Shown piece after piece: positions 36,946-48,636 of a stretch of DNA of 64,000 nt. Under the pieces are notes generated by a model. The model had not been told where the DNA came from. It made no database searches and saw nothing but the letters and a program-made list of their open reading frames with translations. The stretch lies in NCBI GenBank assembly GCA_963713045.1, contig CAVQKE010000004.1:512001-576000 (forward strand). The letters are read 5' to 3'. The translations under genes and the position numbers were made by a program. Position 1 is the stretch's first letter, and each line of letters begins with the position of its first letter. The stretch is from an uncultured delta proteobacterium (GTDB taxonomy: Bacteria; Myxococcota; Myxococcia; Myxococcales; Myxococcaceae).

Positions 36946-39900
36946 TCACCGCCCATTTGCGTGGCCGCCGGATAGGCGCTCATCCACTGAACGGAGGCCG
37001 CCTAGGACGTCTCGCGCGTCCGCTATCCCTTCCCCGCCGGCTTGGCTGCTAGTCGTGCCGCCCAGCGCGAGGCGAACCGAATGGCGAGCGCCGTCTTCGA
37101 CCAATGGTATGCGCCGGGCATCAACCGGGACGCCATCGAGAAAGGCGTTACGGATGCCTTGGCACCGGCTTTCAGGGTTATCAACGGCAATCTCGTAATG
37201 CGTTTGCCCAATTCGCCACTCGATGGTGTAGCTCGGCCACGACGATGGAATGCACGGGCTGACCTCGAAGGTCGAGCCATGGCGGCGCAGGCCGAGAATG
37301 TTCTCGAGGCCAACGCGGTACATCCACCCCGCTGCTCCGGTGTACCAAGTCCAGCCGCATCGGCCGACGTGATCGGAGTGGGCCAATACGTCTCCTGCGA
37401 TCGCGTAGGGTTCTCCTTTGTAGCGCTCAACATCCGAGGCCAACCGCGTGCGGTTCAACGGATTGAGCATATGGAAAAGCTCTGCCGCCTCGTCGCCGTT
37501 CCCGAGCTCCGCCAGTGCCATAACGGCCCACACCGCAGCATGGGTGTACTGGCCCCCGTTCTCGCGAATTCCCGGAGGGTAGCTTTTGATGTACCCGGGG
37601 TCTTGTGCCGTGTGATCAAACGGGGGCGCAAGCAAGGCGAGAAGTCTTGAAGCACGGCGCAAGAGGTGGGTGCGCACGCCATCCATTGCCTGCTCAGCAA
37701 ACTTTCTCGGCACGGCTCCTGAGAGCACAGCCCAGGACTGAGCGAGGGAGTCGATTTTGCCCTCATCGCACTGAGCGGATCCGAGCGGGCTGCCATCGTC
37801 GTAGTAGCCCCGGAGGTACCACTCGCCGTCCCACGTGAGTTGGAGCGCCGTCGCCAGGCGTGCAGCCTCCTGACGAAATCGTTCTGCTCGAGGCCGTTCA
37901 TCGCGGCTCTCGCAGAGTCGTGCCATGTCGGTGAGAATGCCCTGGAGAAAAAATCCGACCCAGGTGCTCTCGCCCCGGCCTCCCCGACCGACTCGATTGT
38001 ACCCGTCATTCCAATCGCCGCTGCCCATCAGCGGAAGCCCATGGGCTCCACTCGTCAGTGCGCGCTCCACTGCCCTGAGGCAATGGTCGAACAGGGATGC
38101 AGTCTGGGTGGAGCTCTGTGGATGGCCATATGACTCCTGGGCGTCAGGCGCGAGCGGTGGTCCTTCCAAAAAGCCAACCGTCTCATCAAGTACCGCAGCG
38201 TCGCCGGTAGAGTCCACGTAATGAATGGCCGCCTTTGGGAGCCAGAGCAAATCATCCGAGCAGCGGGTGCGGACGCCGCCACCGCTAGACTCATGCCACC
38301 AATGCTGGACGTCACCTTCAATAAACTGTCGCCCAGCCGCTCGTAGCAGGTGCTCTCGAAGCAAATCAGGCCGCGCTTGCGCCAGAGCCATTGCGTCCTG
38401 CAGCTGGTCCCGGAAACCAAAAGCTCCTCCCGGTTGGTAATAGCCGGAACGCGCCCACATTCGACAGCTGAGGGCCTGGTATAAGAGCCATTGATTTAGA
38501 AGGTAGTCGAAAGAGTCATCGGGCGTGTGCACCTGGATGCCGTGAAGAGCGGTGTTCCAGGATTTCTGGACGGCCGCCAACTCTGCCTCCGCTGCCGCGA
38601 CGGATGCGGAGCGAAGTGCGAGGGCCTGGGCTTCATCATGGCTGCGTCCTTGCCCGAGGACAAACACGAGCTTCTGCGACTCGGCCGGCGCAAGGGACAC
38701 GGAAACGTGAAGGACCGCGCAAGGGTCCAGCCCGGCTCCGAAACGACCAGACAGCTGACGGTGACCGAGACCAGCCGGGCGAGCGAGAGTCCCATTTCGT
38801 CCAATGAAACTGCAGCGATCGCCGGTTGCCGAGATAAGCTGCTGACTAGCAGCGGCAAAGGCGACTCGCCCCGGAAACTCCCCGTTGTACGGGTTTCGGG
38901 CAAAAACAGCCTTGCCTGCGCTTTCCAACTCCGTCATGACGCCCAGCTGAATTCCAGCCACAGGCGGACCCAGGGCCCACGCATTGTAGAAAAAAAGGCT
39001 CAGCCGGCGGGGTGCGTCGCTGTCATTTGTCAGGCTGACTAGGCAGAACTTCGTCGGGTCGCGCTCCGCGACGAAAACATCGAGTTGATGGCGAATCCCC
39101 CGCGTTGCTCCTGAAAATATGGTGCGCCCTGGCGCGTGGCGAATGACGTGCCGGCCGCCGCTCCCAGTTCGACAAAGTCGGCCTGGAGTCAGAGACCAGG
39201 CGTCCCCGCTGCCCTCATCGCGAACGAGAAGGGCCTCACTGGTCGGGTCGGTCACTGGGTCATTGGCAAACGGAGTTAACCGGTTCTGACGACTGTTCTC
39301 AGACCATGTAAAGGCAGAGCCGGACGTCGTGACGATGGTCCCGAAATTTGGATTTGCGAGAATATTGACCCATGGCAGCGGGGTTTCCTGGTCCCCTTCG
39401 AGCACCACCGTGTATTCGCGACCCCCATCCGCGAAGCCGCCAATTCCATTACCCATCGTTACGGTGGGCACCGAAACGGCGGCGTCGTCCGTACCGAACC
39501 TTGGCCTCGCCCGCCGCGACCCGGAGGCCACGAAGTGCGCGGCTTCAGGAAAGACCTGCTCTGGTCGGCCCAGCTGAGCGGCTAAGGTTCCTCGCTCTCC
39601 GCTGAGGACCGCTCGGGCCATGCTCGCGATGACAATCCGCTCCTCTCGCGAAATGCGGTCGGCTCTCAGCAAGTACGCCCCACCTGGGCGGTCCTTCCAG
39701 CTGCGCCAACTCCCCTCCTCCAGGACCCCGAGCAATTGCGCGTGCACTTCGTCGAGGTATCCGAGCGGCTGCTCGTTCATGATGACCAGATCCGCGGTCA
39801 AGCCTTTGAGTCGCCAATATTCTTGAGCGAGCAGCGTCTCCCGAACCAGCCCTGCGTCCTCCGGTTGAACGACTCGGACCAACAGAATTGGGTTGTCACC

Positions 39901-42900
39901 CGAGATCCCATGGTGCCACAACCCCTCCTGCCCCAGCGTATTTGAAGCTCGCAACTCCGGAGCAGCTCGCAGCGAACCATCTTCGTACAGCACCCGCGAC
40001 GCTAGCCGTTCAAAACGCGTCGCTTCTTCCTCTGAAATGTTCAAATGGCGGAAGGTACTGAGTGCGCGTGCCGAGGCAAGAGCGAACGTTCGACTTGCTG
40101 CAGCTTGCTGATGGTACTTCTGCGCCAGTGCACAGGCCGCTTCTCGGCTTGTCGTGACGCCGGTGCAAAACGAAAGACGAATGATCGCGCCCGGCGGCAA
40201 GCGAACCCGTTGCCGCAGACTGAGGATCGGGTCGAGCGGGACGCCAGTCGTACACGACAAGGCCCTGCCATCCATGGCTTGTGCTTCTTCCGGACCCCGG
40301 CCGCGGCCAAGGAATCTTAGTCGGTCAGTTTCCCACTCCACCGGACCCTGCGTCCGACCTTCCTGGCTCAACACATGCACCGCCCAAAGTTCCGGGTCCT
40401 CTGGCGCACGCGATCTCCGCCGGCAGATAAGAGCCGCACTTTCGGGCAGATATTCCGTTTCAAGGAAGAGCTTGGCGAACACTGGATGTGCCAATTGGTC
40501 TGTCAATGAAGCCAGCACCAGTTCAACGTAGCTCGTGACTTCAATCTCACGTGTTCGATCGCCGTGATTGCTAATCGACACCCGGCGTACTTCGACGTCG
40601 TCCTCGGTCGAAACAGCGATGTCGAGTTGGGTGCTGACGTCCTCGTCGCGTCGACGGAAGGTCGCCCTCTCCGGGACGAAAGTGACAAGGTACTCTTCTG
40701 AGTCCCGACCGACGGGGTGATGCGTCGCACTCCAAAGTAAGCCGCTGCGAACGTCGCGCAGATAAATGAACTGGCCGCCGGGGTCCTGGGTCGGGTCTTC
40801 CCGGCGTGGAGTGACCGCCAGGCCCCGCCAGAGACTTGCTCCTCCTCCCGCGTTCGTCACGACCACAGCATAGCGACCGTTGGAAAGAAACTGAGCGTGG
40901 GGAAAGCGGGTGTGCGGGGAGCGAAAGCGACGCACGGAAACTGCCGGGACCGAAGCGCTTCTCGTCTCTTCCGCCGGGCTCGGTGGTGAAATCGGTGCCG
41001 AACGGGGTACCCTTTCTTGAAGGAGGAGTTCGGTCGCTTGGATTTGCGGATTGGCATGAAAGCGTTTCACCATCCGGTCCCCCAGGAGAGTGTTCGCCAG
41101 AGCCACGAGTGTCATCCCCTGGTGGTGCGCGAGGAACGTCCGCACGACCACTCCTTTTTGCAGCGCCGACGCGCGCCCTTCATCCCCAGGTCGCTCGTCC
41201 ACGCCCAGATGCGTGTAGTCAATCGCGTCGTAAAAGCCGTAAGTGCCGCAAACGCCAGCATCCGACAGTCGGCGTAAGTTTCGCGTCGCCTTCCTCGGTT
41301 CAAGCACGGATGCGAGCGCCGTTGCGTACGGGGCAACGACAAGTTCCTCACCGAGGCCGCGCTTGAGGCCCAATCCTGGAACACCAAACGCCTTGTATTG
41401 GTAGTTGTTATTACGATCGACAAGGTTGTAGGCCGATTCAGAAATGCCCCAAGGAACTCCGCATTCACGTCCGAAATCCACCTGACGGCGGACTGCCATT
41501 CGACAGCTCAAGTCGAGGAGGGTCCCCGGATAACTTCTCATCATGAGCAGTGGCAACAGGTACTCGAACAACGTCCCACTCCAAGAAAGCAACGTGGGTC
41601 GGCCGTCGACGCTCGTCAGCAATCGCGCAAGATGGAACCAGTGTGCTTCTCGAACATCGCCTTTGGCGATGGCGATAAAGCTCGCCAACCGCGCCTCGGA
41701 GGCCAGTAAGTCGTAGTGAGAGGTGTCCAGCCTCCCGGGACCTTCGGCGTCGGCAAGGCGATAGCCGATCGCAAACAACTGAAGTTGTGAGTCGTAAAGG
41801 AACTTGAAATTCATCCGAGTGGCAAGGGTCAGGCAGCGGCGCGAGAGATTCTCCAACCGCTCGCCGAAGCTTCCTTGCGGTTCGAGTGCGGTGGCCGCCG
41901 CCGACGCGAGGCGTCGGCCCCAAAACGCCAACTCGGCCACACTTCCTTTGGCGGACGACTCGATAGCCCTGGCCGCAGTTTCGAGGCGTGGCAGCTCAGC
42001 CCGAAGCTGGGTCAGCCTGACCTCGGGAGCCAGGTCCCCGCCAAGCAAATGCTCTACTCTTGTTGCTTCGGTGACGATGCGCTCCTGAAGAGGTCTCTCG
42101 GCGCCGTCGGCGGCTCGTTCCGTGTAGGATTCCCTGACCAGCGCCGCCACGTCGGCAAGGCCCGAGCACAACATCGATGCCGGCTGGGGCCCGTCCTTGA
42201 GTTCCCGGAGTCCTTCAGCAAGCGTCAGCAGCGCTGCGACTAGGTTGCCGCTGTCAACAGTCGAAACGTATGCGGGAGTAAGCGGCGCCAGTGTCTGCGT
42301 GTCGTACCAATTCAGCAGGTGGCCTTCATGTTGCTCGAGGCTTTCAATGGTCGTGAGTGTTGCTTCGAGCCGGTCAACCATCTCGCGCGTTCGAATGAAC
42401 CCGAGGTCATGCGCCGCTAAGGCGGAGAGCAATGCCATCCCGATGTTGGTGGGTGAAGTTCGCGGCGCAACTCTCGCTTGAGGTGCCTCTTGGAAATTGT
42501 CCGGTGGGAGGCGATGGTGCGCGGCAGAGTCAAAGTCTTCGAAGTACCGCCACGTCCTCCGTGCCAGCTGACGGAGATATTTGTAGTCCTCCGGCGACAG
42601 CGACTCCCGCTCCTCCCTCTTCGGACGACTCAGTACGTACGCAATTAACGGCGCAAGCGCCCACAGAAGTAAGATGGGAATAGCCGCAGGCAGTGCACGC
42701 GGGCGCAGGGTGCCAACCAAAAGAGCTCCGAGCAAAGCAATTACTGGACTCGCCAACATCTCGGCCCAGAACGCGCGAACGCCGGCTTTGAGCTCGAGCC
42801 CTGCTGCTTTCGCAGCACTGGCGGCGGCCGTTTCCCATTGCAGCAACCGTCGCTGGGTTACGGCGAGCCGAATGAGCGTGGTGACGGTCGCGTTCGCCAT

Positions 42901-45702
42901 TCCATAGGCCTGGTTTGCGGCGAAGGTGAGTTGGAGCATGGCCTGCGCCAGAGCGGCACCGAGGTCTTCTCCAACCGCCCCAAGTTTGACGCGAAACGGG
43001 CGCCTGGAGGTGAGCCGTGTCAGTGTGCCCCAAAGGAGGGGGTAAACTGGAAAGAGGAGCGAAGCAACGACCGCACCGGTCCAAACCAACGGGTTTCCGG
43101 GAAGAACGGTCCAGCCCATCAGCAGCAAGATGACGTTTGCCAACGGGACTTGTGTGCGGCGAAGGTTGTCTAAAATTTTCCAACGCGAGATGAGAGGCAA
43201 TCGGTTGCGCTCGAATCCCGCACGGGTCGGAACGATTGGGAACAACCAGAGCAGAATCTGCCAGTCCCCACGGGCCCATCGATGTTGGCGCCGAGCATGC
43301 GCCAAGACGCTCGATGGGTAGTCATCCACCACCTCGACGTCAGTCACCAATGCCGTGCGGGCGTAAAGCCCCTCGAAAAGGTCATGCGAGAGCAGTGCAT
43401 TCTCGGGGACACGGCCCTCCAGCGCCGCAGAAAATGCCTGAAGGTCATAGAGGCCTTTCCCGGTGAAAATCCCTTCGGCAAAAAGGTCTTGGTAGGTGTC
43501 CGAAACGGCCGTTGTGTATGGGTCAACCCCAGTGTGGCCCGAATAGAGCCGCGCGAAGAACGAGCCTCCAGCGCTCGACGTGGTGACGCTGACGCGCGGC
43601 TGTAGAATTCCATACCCCTCCGTGACGCGCCGAGATTTTGGATCAAAATTCGGGCGATTCAGTGGATGGGAGATGATGCCCAACAGCTTTGTCGCCGCAT
43701 CGCGGGGCAGGCGGGTGTCAGAATCGAGGGTCAGACAATAGCGGACGTTGACGAGGATTTCGGGGCTACCGATCTCCAGTTTGAGACTCGTGTCAGTGGC
43801 CCCGCGCAATAAGCGATTGAATTCTTCGAGCTTGCCGCGCTTTCGCTCCCATCCCATCCAGACGCCTTCGGACGGGTTCCATTGTCGATTCCGATGAAAG
43901 AGGTAAAAGCGGTCTGCTCGGCCCTGGGCATACTGGGCGTTGAGCGCTTCAACACCTTTCCGGGCCGCTCGAAGAATGGCCTCGTCGCCCGGCATCTCTT
44001 CCGAGGGAGCGTCGCCGAAGTCTCCGAGAATGGCGAAATGCAGGAACTGGTCCATATTCCCGAGTGCAATGACCTCGAGGTGTTCGAGAAGTCGGTGCAC
44101 TTCGGAAACGTCTGTGAGCAGCGTTGGAAGGACCACCATCGTCCGGGCCGCCACCGGAAGGCCGCCTTGAAAATCCATCCGGGGGAGGCGCCGTGGCCGT
44201 GCCAAGGCTGCGGTGGTCCTCTGAACAATCGCAATTGCTAGCTCACTGGATGGCACCAACAAGCCCAGCGCAATGCAGACGTTCATCCACACCGGGGCGC
44301 CTTGTGACTGGCCATAGGTCACGCCAAGGCTGACGAGGACAACGAGCAGCAGCGCGATTGCTCCAAGGTAGAAGCCTGTCGCATGCGCGAAGAAGGCCCT
44401 CCGGAGGCGCTTTCCCAATCCCGGGCGATAGGCAACATCGACTTCGAGGTCGCGCCTTCCTTGACCAATTAGGTGATAACCAACATGCGCCGAACGACTC
44501 GCGATGGAACCGTTCTCGGCCGCCTGTCGGGCGCTTTCCACGGCACGCAGTGCGACTCGGAGCTGGTTCTCCGCGGATGCGCCAGCCAGCTCCTCAACCG
44601 CCTGTCGGTAACGGTCGCGACTTGGGAAGTCCATGCTGGCATAAACATTCGCCGGGTCGCGTTTCAGCACTTGCTCCACCAAGCTTACGGACTCAACGTA
44701 CTGACTCCAGTCCATGGTGGAGCACAGCCGAAGACTGGTAATTACGTTTCCAACTGAGAGCTGAGTAGCGGCTTGCCGCTGGTGCTCAGCCCGCACCGCG
44801 TCTTCTGCCGTTAAATGCTGCGTGCCAAGGTACTGCTCCACCAAAGAAGCAACCTTCGATAGGCGGCTCCCATACGCGTGCATGCGCTGGAGCAGCTGTG
44901 CGGTATACGCTGCGTGTGGCGGTTGTTCGCCGAACGGTGGCTGCACGTCGCCAGTGATTTCGACCCTCTCGAGAAAGGCGTCGGCTGCTCGCCGTGCGTC
45001 TCGCGCGGCGAGCGTTCCGACCGCTAACCGTCTCAAATTCTCGATGAGGGCTACCTTCAACATGCTCGGCCAGGCCCAAAGCTCTCCGATCGTTAAGGGA
45101 GCGACTGCCTGGAAGCTGTTGAGAAAGCGGTTGAGCTGCGTTTGCTCCAACCGACTGTCGCTGTGACGAATCAGCTCGATAGCCAGCGCGTACACTCGTG
45201 CGTCGCCCGCCAACTCACGTGGGGCCAGCTTCGGCAACTCTCGGTAGTAGCTCAGCGGTAGGCTGATGCGGACGTTGGCTATCTCGGCAGTGACGATGTG
45301 AAAGTTGTCCAGCAGCCACTCGGCCGCCGGGGTGATGAATTCGCCGTGGTGCACTGCCTCGGACAGCGTTCGGTAGGCTCCGGCAAGCACCCGCGCGTTG
45401 TCCTCGAAACGGGGGAACAGGTCCCGCGCCCGACGTCGGGGGTTTGGGTCGATGGTGAAGCGGCCCGCGAGAGACCTCGCGCGCTCGTCGAGCCGCTCAG
45501 TACTGAGCAACTCATCCCGCAGAGGGGATTCGCCCTCCGGGGAGGGACCTTTTCGGAACCAGCCCTTCAGAGTGTCGAGTCTCAAGTGTCGAAAATAGTT
45601 AGGGGCGACGCCATCCCTGCGCCAGTGCCTGCCTACAGCCCGCACGCTCAAGGGAGCCTCGTCGTGACGGCTCGTCTTCTCACCCGGAAGACCGGATACC
45701 AC
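36946..45702 (-). CDS. ndvB: Cyclic beta-1,2-glucan synthase (Cgs/NdvB/ChvB): GT84 + cyclase + GH94 domains
   Basis: [80 protein letters not shown]; the true start may be TTG ~45585. Confidence 0.93.
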   Translation of the reverse strand: MVSGLPGEKTSRHDEAPLSVRAVGRHWRRDGVAPNYFRHLRLDTLKGWFRKGPSPEGESPLRDELLSTERLDERARSLAGRFTIDPNPRRRARDLFPRFEDNARVLAGAYRTLSEAVHHGEFITPAAEWLLDNFHIVTAEIANVRISLPLSYYRELPKLAPRELAGDARVYALAIELIRHSDSRLEQTQLNRFLNSFQAVAPLTIGELWAWPSMLKVALIENLRRLAVGTLAARDARRAADAFLERVEITGDVQPPFGEQPPHAAYTAQLLQRMHAYGSRLSKVASLVEQYLGTQHLTAEDAVRAEHQRQAATQLSVGNVITSLRLCSTMDWSQYVESVSLVEQVLKRDPANVYASMDFPSRDRYRQAVEELAGASAENQLRVALRAVESARQAAENGSIASRSAHVGYHLIGQGRRDLEVDVAYRPGLGKRLRRAFFAHATGFYLGAIALLLVVLVSLGVTYGQSQGAPVWMNVCIALGLLVPSSELAIAIVQRTTAALARPRRLPRMDFQGGLPVAARTMVVLPTLLTDVSEVHRLLEHLEVIALGNMDQFLHFAILGDFGDAPSEEMPGDEAILRAARKGVEALNAQYAQGRADRFYLFHRNRQWNPSEGVWMGWERKRGKLEEFNRLLRGATDTSLKLEIGSPEILVNVRYCLTLDSDTRLPRDAATKLLGIISHPLNRPNFDPKSRRVTEGYGILQPRVSVTTSSAGGSFFARLYSGHTGVDPYTTAVSDTYQDLFAEGIFTGKGLYDLQAFSAALEGRVPENALLSHDLFEGLYARTALVTDVEVVDDYPSSVLAHARRQHRWARGDWQILLWLFPIVPTRAGFERNRLPLISRWKILDNLRRTQVPLANVILLLMGWTVLPGNPLVWTGAVVASLLFPVYPLLWGTLTRLTSRRPFRVKLGAVGEDLGAALAQAMLQLTFAANQAYGMANATVTTLIRLAVTQRRLLQWETAAASAAKAAGLELKAGVRAFWAEMLASPVIALLGALLVGTLRPRALPAAIPILLLWALAPLIAYVLSRPKREERESLSPEDYKYLRQLARRTWRYFEDFDSAAHHRLPPDNFQEAPQARVAPRTSPTNIGMALLSALAAHDLGFIRTREMVDRLEATLTTIESLEQHEGHLLNWYDTQTLAPLTPAYVSTVDSGNLVAALLTLAEGLRELKDGPQPASMLCSGLADVAALVRESYTERAADGAERPLQERIVTEATRVEHLLGGDLAPEVRLTQLRAELPRLETAARAIESSAKGSVAELAFWGRRLASAAATALEPQGSFGERLENLSRRCLTLATRMNFKFLYDSQLQLFAIGYRLADAEGPGRLDTSHYDLLASEARLASFIAIAKGDVREAHWFHLARLLTSVDGRPTLLSWSGTLFEYLLPLLMMRSYPGTLLDLSCRMAVRRQVDFGRECGVPWGISESAYNLVDRNNNYQYKAFGVPGLGLKRGLGEELVVAPYATALASVLEPRKATRNLRRLSDAGVCGTYGFYDAIDYTHLGVDERPGDEGRASALQKGVVVRTFLAHHQGMTLVALANTLLGDRMVKRFHANPQIQATELLLQERVPRSAPISPPSPAEETRSASVPAVSVRRFRSPHTRFPHAQFLSNGRYAVVVTNAGGGASLWRGLAVTPRREDPTQDPGGQFIYLRDVRSGLLWSATHHPVGRDSEEYLVTFVPERATFRRRDEDVSTQLDIAVSTEDDVEVRRVSISNHGDRTREIEVTSYVELVLASLTDQLAHPVFAKLFLETEYLPESAALICRRRSRAPEDPELWAVHVLSQEGRTQGPVEWETDRLRFLGRGRGPEEAQAMDGRALSCTTGVPLDPILSLRQRVRLPPGAIIRLSFCTGVTTSREAACALAQKYHQQAAASRTFALASARALSTFRHLNISEEEATRFERLASRVLYEDGSLRAAPELRASNTLGQEGLWHHGISGDNPILLVRVVQPEDAGLVRETLLAQEYWRLKGLTADLVIMNEQPLGYLDEVHAQLLGVLEEGSWRSWKDRPGGAYLLRADRISREERIVIASMARAVLSGERGTLAAQLGRPEQVFPEAAHFVASGSRRARPRFGTDDAAVSVPTVTMGNGIGGFADGGREYTVVLEGDQETPLPWVNILANPNFGTIVTTSGSAFTWSENSRQNRLTPFANDPVTDPTSEALLVRDEGSGDAWSLTPGRLCRTGSGGRHVIRHAPGRTIFSGATRGIRHQLDVFVAERDPTKFCLVSLTNDSDAPRRLSLFFYNAWALGPPVAGIQLGVMTELESAGKAVFARNPYNGEFPGRVAFAAASQQLISATGDRCSFIGRNGTLARPAGLGHRQLSGRFGAGLDPCAVLHVSVSLAPAESQKLVFVLGQGRSHDEAQALALRSASVAAAEAELAAVQKSWNTALHGIQVHTPDDSFDYLLNQWLLYQALSCRMWARSGYYQPGGAFGFRDQLQDAMALAQARPDLLREHLLRAAGRQFIEGDVQHWWHESSGGGVRTRCSDDLLWLPKAAIHYVDSTGDAAVLDETVGFLEGPPLAPDAQESYGHPQSSTQTASLFDHCLRAVERALTSGAHGLPLMGSGDWNDGYNRVGRGGRGESTWVGFFLQGILTDMARLCESRDERPRAERFRQEAARLATALQLTWDGEWYLRGYYDDGSPLGSAQCDEGKIDSLAQSWAVLSGAVPRKFAEQAMDGVRTHLLRRASRLLALLAPPFDHTAQDPGYIKSYPPGIRENGGQYTHAAVWAVMALAELGNGDEAAELFHMLNPLNRTRLASDVERYKGEPYAIAGDVLAHSDHVGRCGWTWYTGAAGWMYRVGLENILGLRRHGSTFEVSPCIPSSWPSYTIEWRIGQTHYEIAVDNPESRCQGIRNAFLDGVPVDARRIPLVEDGARHSVRLALGGTTSSQAGGEGIADARDVLGGLRSVDERLSGGHANGR

Positions 45703-45979
45703 GTCGGGACAGCGCGAGTCGGCGTCAGCTGGACAGGGCGCGGGAAATCCGGGTCGCTGTCAGCCCAAAACTCTGTCCTGCAGCTGGCATGACCACTTCG
45801 TCGGAAGGCTACTGCTTTGGTCATTGAAGGCTGCGGTCCCGCTCGGCCAGCCGATGACCGGTGACTCAAGCACGGTCTGACCTTAGACAGTCCAAGTACC
45901 CCCTCGCATTCCGCCCGCGGCCGGCCGGCGGTAACGTTGGAAAAACCGCTCAGCCAGACTCCCAGTGGGCGGTAGTCGA

Positions 45980-47341
45980 ATGGCGCGTGGAATAGCGTTT
46001 GCGGAGGCGGGATTGAGAAACGTCATTGCCCGGGCGCAGTCAATCCCACGCCGTGGCATCCGGTACGCCGCGTTGGCCGCGCTCCTTGCGACCACCGTTG
46101 CGGCCACCTGGACTTGGGGACCGCTTCTCGCGGGGCCCCCTCGCACAATCACCCTGGCAACCGGCCTCGCGGGCGGCGCGTACGGGGCGCTTGGTCCGCG
46201 TTACCAGAAAATCCTGGCCACAAACGGCGTCACCGTCCGCCTTTTGCCTACGGGAGGCGACCTTGACAACCTGGCCAAGCTTCGCGATCGCCGCTCGGCG
46301 GTGAGCGTCGCCTTCGTCCAGGCAGGCATTGCGACCGACGCGGAGAAGAGCGGACTCGTTTCGCTCGGAACCCTGATGTTCTCTCCGATGTGGGTGTTCC
46401 AGCGGGGAGAGCACTCGGGCATTGGATTGGGCGATCTCGTCGGAAAGCGTGTCTCGATTGGACCCGAGGGAAGCGGCACCCGCTTTCAAGCACTGAAACT
46501 GCTGACATTGGAAGGCGCGGACCTAAACCGCGTCGACTTGAGGGGCTACGCACCCGCGGAAGTCGAAACTGCATTGGACCGCGAGGAGCTGGATGCCGCG
46601 GTCATCGTCGCCTCTTGGGAGTCGCCGGTCATCCGACGATTGAATGCCGACCCCAGGCTGTGGCTCGTGAACTTTCCCCGAGCGGACGCGTACGTGGCGC
46701 TCAGGCCCTACCTCACCAAGCTCACCTTGCCGATGGGAGTGGGAGACTTGGCGAGAAACCTGCCGAGAACGGACATCGCTCTGCTGGCCACGAAGGTGAG
46801 TCTGCTCGTCCGCGACAATCTCCATCCTGCCATCCAGTATCTTCTCCTCGACGCGGCCACCAAAATCCATGGCGGCCCGGCGCTTTTTCAACACGCCGGG
46901 CAGTTTCCGGCGGGTGAGCCGATGGACGTCCCGCTCAGTTCGGACGCGGAACATTTCTACAAGTCGGGGCTACCATTTCTCTACCGGTACTTCCCATTCT
47001 GGTTGGCGGTCCTGGTGGAGCGCCTGCTCATACTGCTCATCCCGGCGGTCGGTCTGCTTTACCCGTTGGTGCGAGTGGTGCCGGGGCTCTACTTCGGCGT
47101 CATGCAGCGCCGGATACTCGTGCTGTATCGAGACCTCAAGCTGGTGGAACGGGAGCTCGACGAGCCCACTGGCGAAGACGCGGCCAGTTTGGCGGCTCGA
47201 GTCAACACGCTGAAGGGAAAGGCCAACGGGTTGCGTGTCCCGCTGCAGCTCAGCCAAAACCTCTATCACCTCAAAGCGCACATTCGTTTGGTTCAGGGGC
47301 GCATCGCGGAGAACGCCACCGAGATTCGGCAGCCGAAGTAG
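45980..47341 (+). CDS. TAXI-family solute-binding protein with N- and C-terminal membrane segments
   Basis: TLATGLAGGAY, GDLDNL, AFVQAG, IGPEGSGT, GLPFLYRYFPFW + TM helix + helical tail; start 45965 or 45980. Confidence 0.82.
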   Translation: MARGIAFAEAGLRNVIARAQSIPRRGIRYAALAALLATTVAATWTWGPLLAGPPRTITLATGLAGGAYGALGPRYQKILATNGVTVRLLPTGGDLDNLAKLRDRRSAVSVAFVQAGIATDAEKSGLVSLGTLMFSPMWVFQRGEHSGIGLGDLVGKRVSIGPEGSGTRFQALKLLTLEGADLNRVDLRGYAPAEVETALDREELDAAVIVASWESPVIRRLNADPRLWLVNFPRADAYVALRPYLTKLTLPMGVGDLARNLPRTDIALLATKVSLLVRDNLHPAIQYLLLDAATKIHGGPALFQHAGQFPAGEPMDVPLSSDAEHFYKSGLPFLYRYFPFWLAVLVERLLILLIPAVGLLYPLVRVVPGLYFGVMQRRILVLYRDLKLVERELDEPTGEDAASLAARVNTLKGKANGLRVPLQLSQNLYHLKAHIRLVQGRIAENATEIRQPK

Positions 47342-47503
47342 TAGCCTCTCGAGGCCCCCGGTCGGCGGCAACCCTGCCCGAACTCTAGGGTAGCGGGCCT
47401 ACGCGGGTGGCTGCCGGTCGGGAGCGCAGGCGACCGGGGCCTGCCCTGTTCCAGACGAGGTCAGGTGGGGGAAATCCCCTGTCGCACGGACCTTGGCTTT
47501 GAG

Positions 47504-47576
<73 letters not shown>

Positions 47577-47698
47577 GACGAACTGGACGTTGGCGACGCG
47601 AAGCGGGCCAAGGGTCCGTGCTCATAGCGGATCTCGTCGGGGCCCGCCAGCCCGCAACCCCCTCGAATCGCGGCGTCCCAACGCAGACCCCTTCGGTG

Positions 47699-47782
47699 TG
47701 GCCCTCCCCGGACTCGAACCGGGACGCTGTCACCAGCAACGGATTTTGAGTCCGTCTCGTCTACCAATTTCGACAGAGGGCC
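47699..47782 (-). tRNA. tRNA-Leu (CAA)
   Basis: GGCCCTC/GAGGGCC acceptor stem, ACGGA-CTCAAAA-TCCGT anticodon arm, long variable arm, TTCGAGT T-loop; CCA not encoded. Confidence 0.95.
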
Positions 47783-47898
47783 GCCCGCGCTGACGCTGTC
47801 GCGGAGGCCGGTCATACACCGGCCTGGCGAGGTCTGAAACCACTTCTGGGGGTCGTTGCCCCCAAGGGGGAAAGTGTGGCTAAACCCACGGTCCACCT

Positions 47899-48633
47899 AT
47901 GTACAACCTACTCATCGCCCTGGCGGCTGGGCTCCTGGTGGCCGCGGCGGTCCTCTTGGCGCACCTACCCTGGTATGCCGCCGTGGTGCCGGGTTTCCTG
48001 GCTTTCGCCGGCGCATTCCTCCTCCTCGCCCGCCGGGTCGGAAAGCGGGTGAAGGCCATTATGGACCAGGCCCAAAAGGAGCTCTCCATTCAGCCGAGCA
48101 GCGTCAAGGAGCGACAGCAGCGCATCGAGAAGGCCGTAAAAACGCTCGAGTCGGCACTCATCTGGGACAAGTGGCAGCCCTTCATCGGCGGAGAGATTCA
48201 CGCTCAAATTGGGATGGTCCAGTACATGGTGAAGGACTACGCCCAGGCAGAGCCTCACCTCAAGAAGGCAAGTCCCCGCAATGGCTTGGCCCAGGGGCTG
48301 CTGGGGGCGCTTCACTTCCAGCGGAAGGAGTACGCGGAGATGGAGCGTGCCTTCGAGGGCGCTGTCAAAGGCCAAAAGAAGGAAGGCGTCTTGTGGGCTG
48401 CGTACGCCTGGTGCCTGTTGCAGCACAAGGAGCGGGATAAGGCCCTCCAAGTCATGAATCGGGCTGTGGCCGCGAACCCAAGCGATGAGAAACTTAAGGC
48501 TGGGCTGGTAGCGCTGCAGAATGACAAGAAGCTCAAGATGAAGGCCTGGGAGCCCTTGTGGTGGCAGTTCGGGCTCGAGACACCGCCGGAGATGATGGGC
48601 GGCGGCCGTCAGGTGCGCTTCCAGCGTCGCTGA
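47899..48633 (+). CDS. Membrane-anchored TPR protein
   Basis: Two N-terminal TM helices followed by TPR-like repeats (AQIGMVQY, GLLGALHF, AAYAWCL). Confidence 0.75.
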   Translation: MYNLLIALAAGLLVAAAVLLAHLPWYAAVVPGFLAFAGAFLLLARRVGKRVKAIMDQAQKELSIQPSSVKERQQRIEKAVKTLESALIWDKWQPFIGGEIHAQIGMVQYMVKDYAQAEPHLKKASPRNGLAQGLLGALHFQRKEYAEMERAFEGAVKGQKKEGVLWAAYAWCLLQHKERDKALQVMNRAVAANPSDEKLKAGLVALQNDKKLKMKAWEPLWWQFGLETPPEMMGGGRQVRFQRR

Positions 48634-48636
48634 GGC

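Noticed and set aside
47455..47485. SRP RNA (GGTCAGGT...)
   Set aside because: Lacks the CCGGAAGGAAGCAG domain IV continuation.
31740..47503. Active integrative element or prophage at tRNA-Ala
   Set aside because: No integrase, transposase or phage gene, and no duplicated tRNA 3' end was spotted by eye.
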